NCBI GenBank assembly: GCA_036172245.1
Contig: JAYWIR010000060.1
Location: forward strand, 248,001-312,000
DNA length: 64,000 nucleotides
Source: Raillietiella orientalis
Taxonomy: Eukaryota
Reading direction: 5' to 3'
Of the stretch, positions 60,701 through 64,000 are shown piece after piece. The notes beneath the pieces are model-generated. The model was not told the DNA's origin. It ran no database searches and saw only the letters and a list, made by a program, of their open reading frames with translations. The translations under genes and the position numbers were made by a program. Position 1 is the first letter of the stretch. Each line of letters starts with the position of its first letter.

Positions 60701-62263
60701 TTTTTCACCCGGACAAGCCGGGGCTTTTATTTTTTAAATTAAACATAATTTGTTATACAATATTTAGTCTTTTGGCATTGTTTCTTCCAGAACACATGGT
60801 TCTGGCAGTGTTTTTTCACTCGCCCTTACCGACCCGCCGGCCGGTGTGGTTCTCTCCACGAGCGAAAGGGACGCGGTGACGGGAGATGCCGCCGACATCT
60901 CGTTCCCCTTTCTGCCCGCGTCCGCTTCCCGTTCACCTTGGGGGAACGGCATGCCGACGAGGCACCGGTCGAGAAGCCACACCGAGCCGGCCCTGAAGCG
61001 CGCTGGGGGCAGTCCTGAAAGCTGCCTCCCCCGCGTTCCCGCTACCCGACCTGCGCGTCCGCCGCCATTCGCCTGGAGACTTCTACCCCTTCCCATTGCC
61101 CTCCCACGGGACGGGCAGCACCTCTCCTTCGCCCCTCGAAAGAGCCATCGAAAGAGAAGGAAAGAAACGCGCAACACCGCGACAAAAAAAAAACGGCCGA
61201 GTGCAAATGGCTGCCGGCAAGCGCACGCGGGGTGGCCGCCACGAGAGATCCTTGAGATGTGACCGGCTCCTTTCCATCTTGCCCTGCGGTCTCCGCGTGC
61301 GTTTCTTTCCGGCGCCGTGCGTGCCAGCAAGCGACCCTCTCTCCGGGCCCCTCGCAAGCCACCATCTTGGCGGCGGGTCCGGCGCTCGCGACGGGGGTCG
61401 GCTGTTAGTCCGCGCACTCGGGTTCCAAGTCCGCAGGGCGGCGGCACCTCGAGGCAGCGCGCCCGTGATCTGGAACGGGGTGACGGCTGACCTGGCCCAG
61501 GGCGCCCATCTCGCCTCGGCCCCGTGGAGACGATACCACCCGTCGGCGCGCGCTCCGCGGTGGAGGCTGCAGCGAACGCCCGCTCGCCATCGCAGGTTTC
61601 GGAGAGGGACCCGTCCTTCCCATCTGGGATACCCCTCCGGAGTCCACTCCTTGCAGGTGAGGCCGCCTCGCAGCCATCCTCATCCAGGCGGCTTCCATCC
61701 GCATGGCGCCTCCCTCTGCTGCGACGTTGGCGTGGCTGCAGCGTCTCGTTGCCATCGTGACGCCTCCCCCCGCCCTCCCCGACAGCCTGCCCTCAGGGAA
61801 AAGAAATCTCCGCATCAGGCGCGAAGCAGCGTCGTGGCGAACGGCGGACAGCCGAAGAGGGTCGTCGCCGAGCGTCCTCGAGGGCACTGCAGTATCCAGC
61901 AGGGGATGTGGGAACGAGTCGATCGCCCCGCGCCCGAAACAGATCGGGAAGGAGGCAGCTCCCCTGGGAACTTGACGCCCGCGCTGGTCGCGCTGGAATG
62001 CCCCCGGGGAGGGAACGGCAGAACGTCCTCCGGTTCCCAGCGCAGCGGGAACACGCGAGTGCCCTCGCGCTCAGGGCAGGGACCGCGAGTTCCGCGGGGG
62101 TGATCTCGAGCAGGAGTGATCCCCACCCCTTCGCCCGGAAGAAAGGAGCGGGGGCGGCGTCCATCAACGCGCGCACGTCTTGCAGCAACCAGCCCGTCGG
62201 TTGGCTGCAGTCGCCGGTTGCCCCGAGGGCAGACTGTGCTTCGACGAGGGGAGAGACGGCCAC
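60701..62263 (-). mobile_element. 5'-truncated LINE copy with a long (about 500 nt) structured 3' UTR
   Basis: 61651-62263 is a near-identical reverse complement of 46118-46730. T tract at 61184-61193, hairpin at 60787-60805, and terminus AATAAAAGC-CCCGG-CTTGT-CCGGG-TGAAAAA (60701-60732). Confidence 0.75.
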
Positions 62264-64000
62264 CCTGGTTTGCTGAGTTTAGTCCCGTGGAAGGCCTCCG
62301 GGAGGCTGACGTGGGCGTGCCCGCTGCGGAAGCAGTACTGTTGGGCGCGCACGGCTTCCGGTTCGCGAGAGCCCGGCGGACGCGTCAGCGGAGGCGCGGA
62401 GGTTCGCGAACGCCCCGGCAGGGTGAAGTGCGTCGCCGAACGGCCTCACGGAAGGCACCGTCGCCGCCGCCGAGGTTGGCTCGCGGAGGAACGAATTGGG
62501 GAGCCACACCGACCCCCCGAAAGAGGCACTGGAAACGCAGTCGCCTAGGAGACACGCGCCGGAGGTCGCTCCCGCCTGGGAGGAACGGCAGTTGGCGCTC
62601 TTTTTGGTCTGAAGAAAGCGAACTCCACCGCTCTTTGGCTCCGTCCCCGAAATGTGCTCCTAGTGCGAGATGGTCAGACAGCAGCGACACGGCGGAGCGG
62701 AGCTGCCAGTCCACCTCTCGGCGGGCCCTTGCTCCCGGGAAGGACTCCGGACTCCTGGCTGCGATCAGTCAACGGAGGCATCCGGGTTGCGCCTGCGCCG
62801 ACCAGCGGGGAGAGCTCGAAACCCGCGCGGCGGCACCACCACCACCCCTTTCGTCCCCAGCTGGACGTCTGACCCGCAAGGGGTCGCCTGCCTTCACGAG
62901 TCGCCGAGACCCGCGCGCCGCTGCCGCTGCCCTGGGCAGAGAGGACGACGAGCTCCACTGATCGGGGAACGTGGGCTGCTCCCTTCGGTGCCCGCGAGTC
63001 CTGGCGCGTGTCAGCGACGACGCCTCGGATTCCTCGTGGGGAGCTCCCCCTTCGCTCCAGCATTTCCCCCCCTTTTTTTTTTTTTGAAAATGCGCGTTCG
63101 CGCTGCATTCCCCCCGCGGAAGGACGCGAGGTCGTGCGACCTTCTGCGGACCGAGTGGAAGACCTGGAGGGATCGGAAAGTTTCGCGCAGCTGCTGCGCA
63201 GTCGGCTCGCGCTGGCCCACCCTCGGGGTTCCGGCTGCGAGTAGCCTACCCCGCGCCAGTGTCGACCTAAAGCGGCGCAGTTCGCTTCGCCCTCCTTCAT
63301 CTTCGCGCGCACGCCTTTCCATCTTCTTCCGTAGCTCTTCGCCGGAATCCAATTTGAATGTTTTGTCGCGTGACCTTTTCAGTGGCGCATCAGTTTTCAC
63401 TGCCTGCAGGAAGCGTTTCGTCCACGAGCAGAGTCCCTCCACTCGCGCCGCATTCCACACGTTGGCGGCCGCCGTAAGGCGAAAGCACCACAAGGTCTTC
63501 GCGCGCGTCTTGCCTCCCGCCTTCGTCCGCGACGCTCGCGAGACCTCGGTGTGGCGTCCCTCCCCCAACTCTTAGCCATCATGCTGCTGCACCGGGACTT
63601 CGAACCGGAGGCCTTCCTTGCCTTCCTGTTTTCTCTTCTACCTTTTCCTCCGTCCTCTTCGGTGGATTCGCAAGCTGAGACGGCGGAAGCCATTCTCGTG
63701 GGTATGACAGCCGTGAGTTCCTTGGTGCCTCCCTCCCTCCCTCCGCCTTTCGCGCCCCAAAAGAAGTGACGCCTCGCACGTACACCGAAGCCCCTCATCC
63801 GCAGCTTCCCGAGTTTCCCAGGGTTTCTCCTTCCAGATGCAGTGATAGCTCGGCGCTCGTCACGAGTGCCGGAACGAATCACCGTCGAGTACTGAGGCGC
63901 CGCTGTGTTTCCATCTTCCCTTTGCAGCACGTCATCTCGTTCCCGTAGTCGGTGGTTGCCATTCCTGCTCAGATGCTCCCCGCGTCCGAGGAGGGGCGGG

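Noticed and set aside
1..64000. CRISPR array, rRNA, telomeric array or prokaryotic operon
   Set aside because: No regularly spaced repeats or conserved RNA-gene signatures were seen, and the genes carry spliceosomal introns.

Overview
Eukaryotic genomic DNA, most likely arthropod, judged from the takeout/JHBP-family genes, an insect-like H2B and 43-60 nt GT-AG introns. Three protein-coding genes can be reconstructed: two minus-strand five-exon takeout/JHBP-like paralogues (11195-15144 and 35870-38199) and a plus-strand ACSL3/4-type long-chain acyl-CoA synthetase (about 52529-54923). There is also a frameshifted orphan histone H2B pseudogene (45311-45692). Most of the GC- and CpG-rich remainder is decayed retroelement sequence, dominated by one L1/Tx1-like non-LTR family with at least 10 3' ends in 64 kb. 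The most interesting signal is in that family. Its 3' end carries two conserved hairpins with compensatory base changes, a very short A tail and target-site duplications of about 9 bp. All four nested insertions seen are antisense to an older relative, two of them at apparently the same position. Element boundaries and clade calls are by-eye motif comparisons; no database search or alignment was run. Most ORFs in the supplied track are spurious GC-rich frames.
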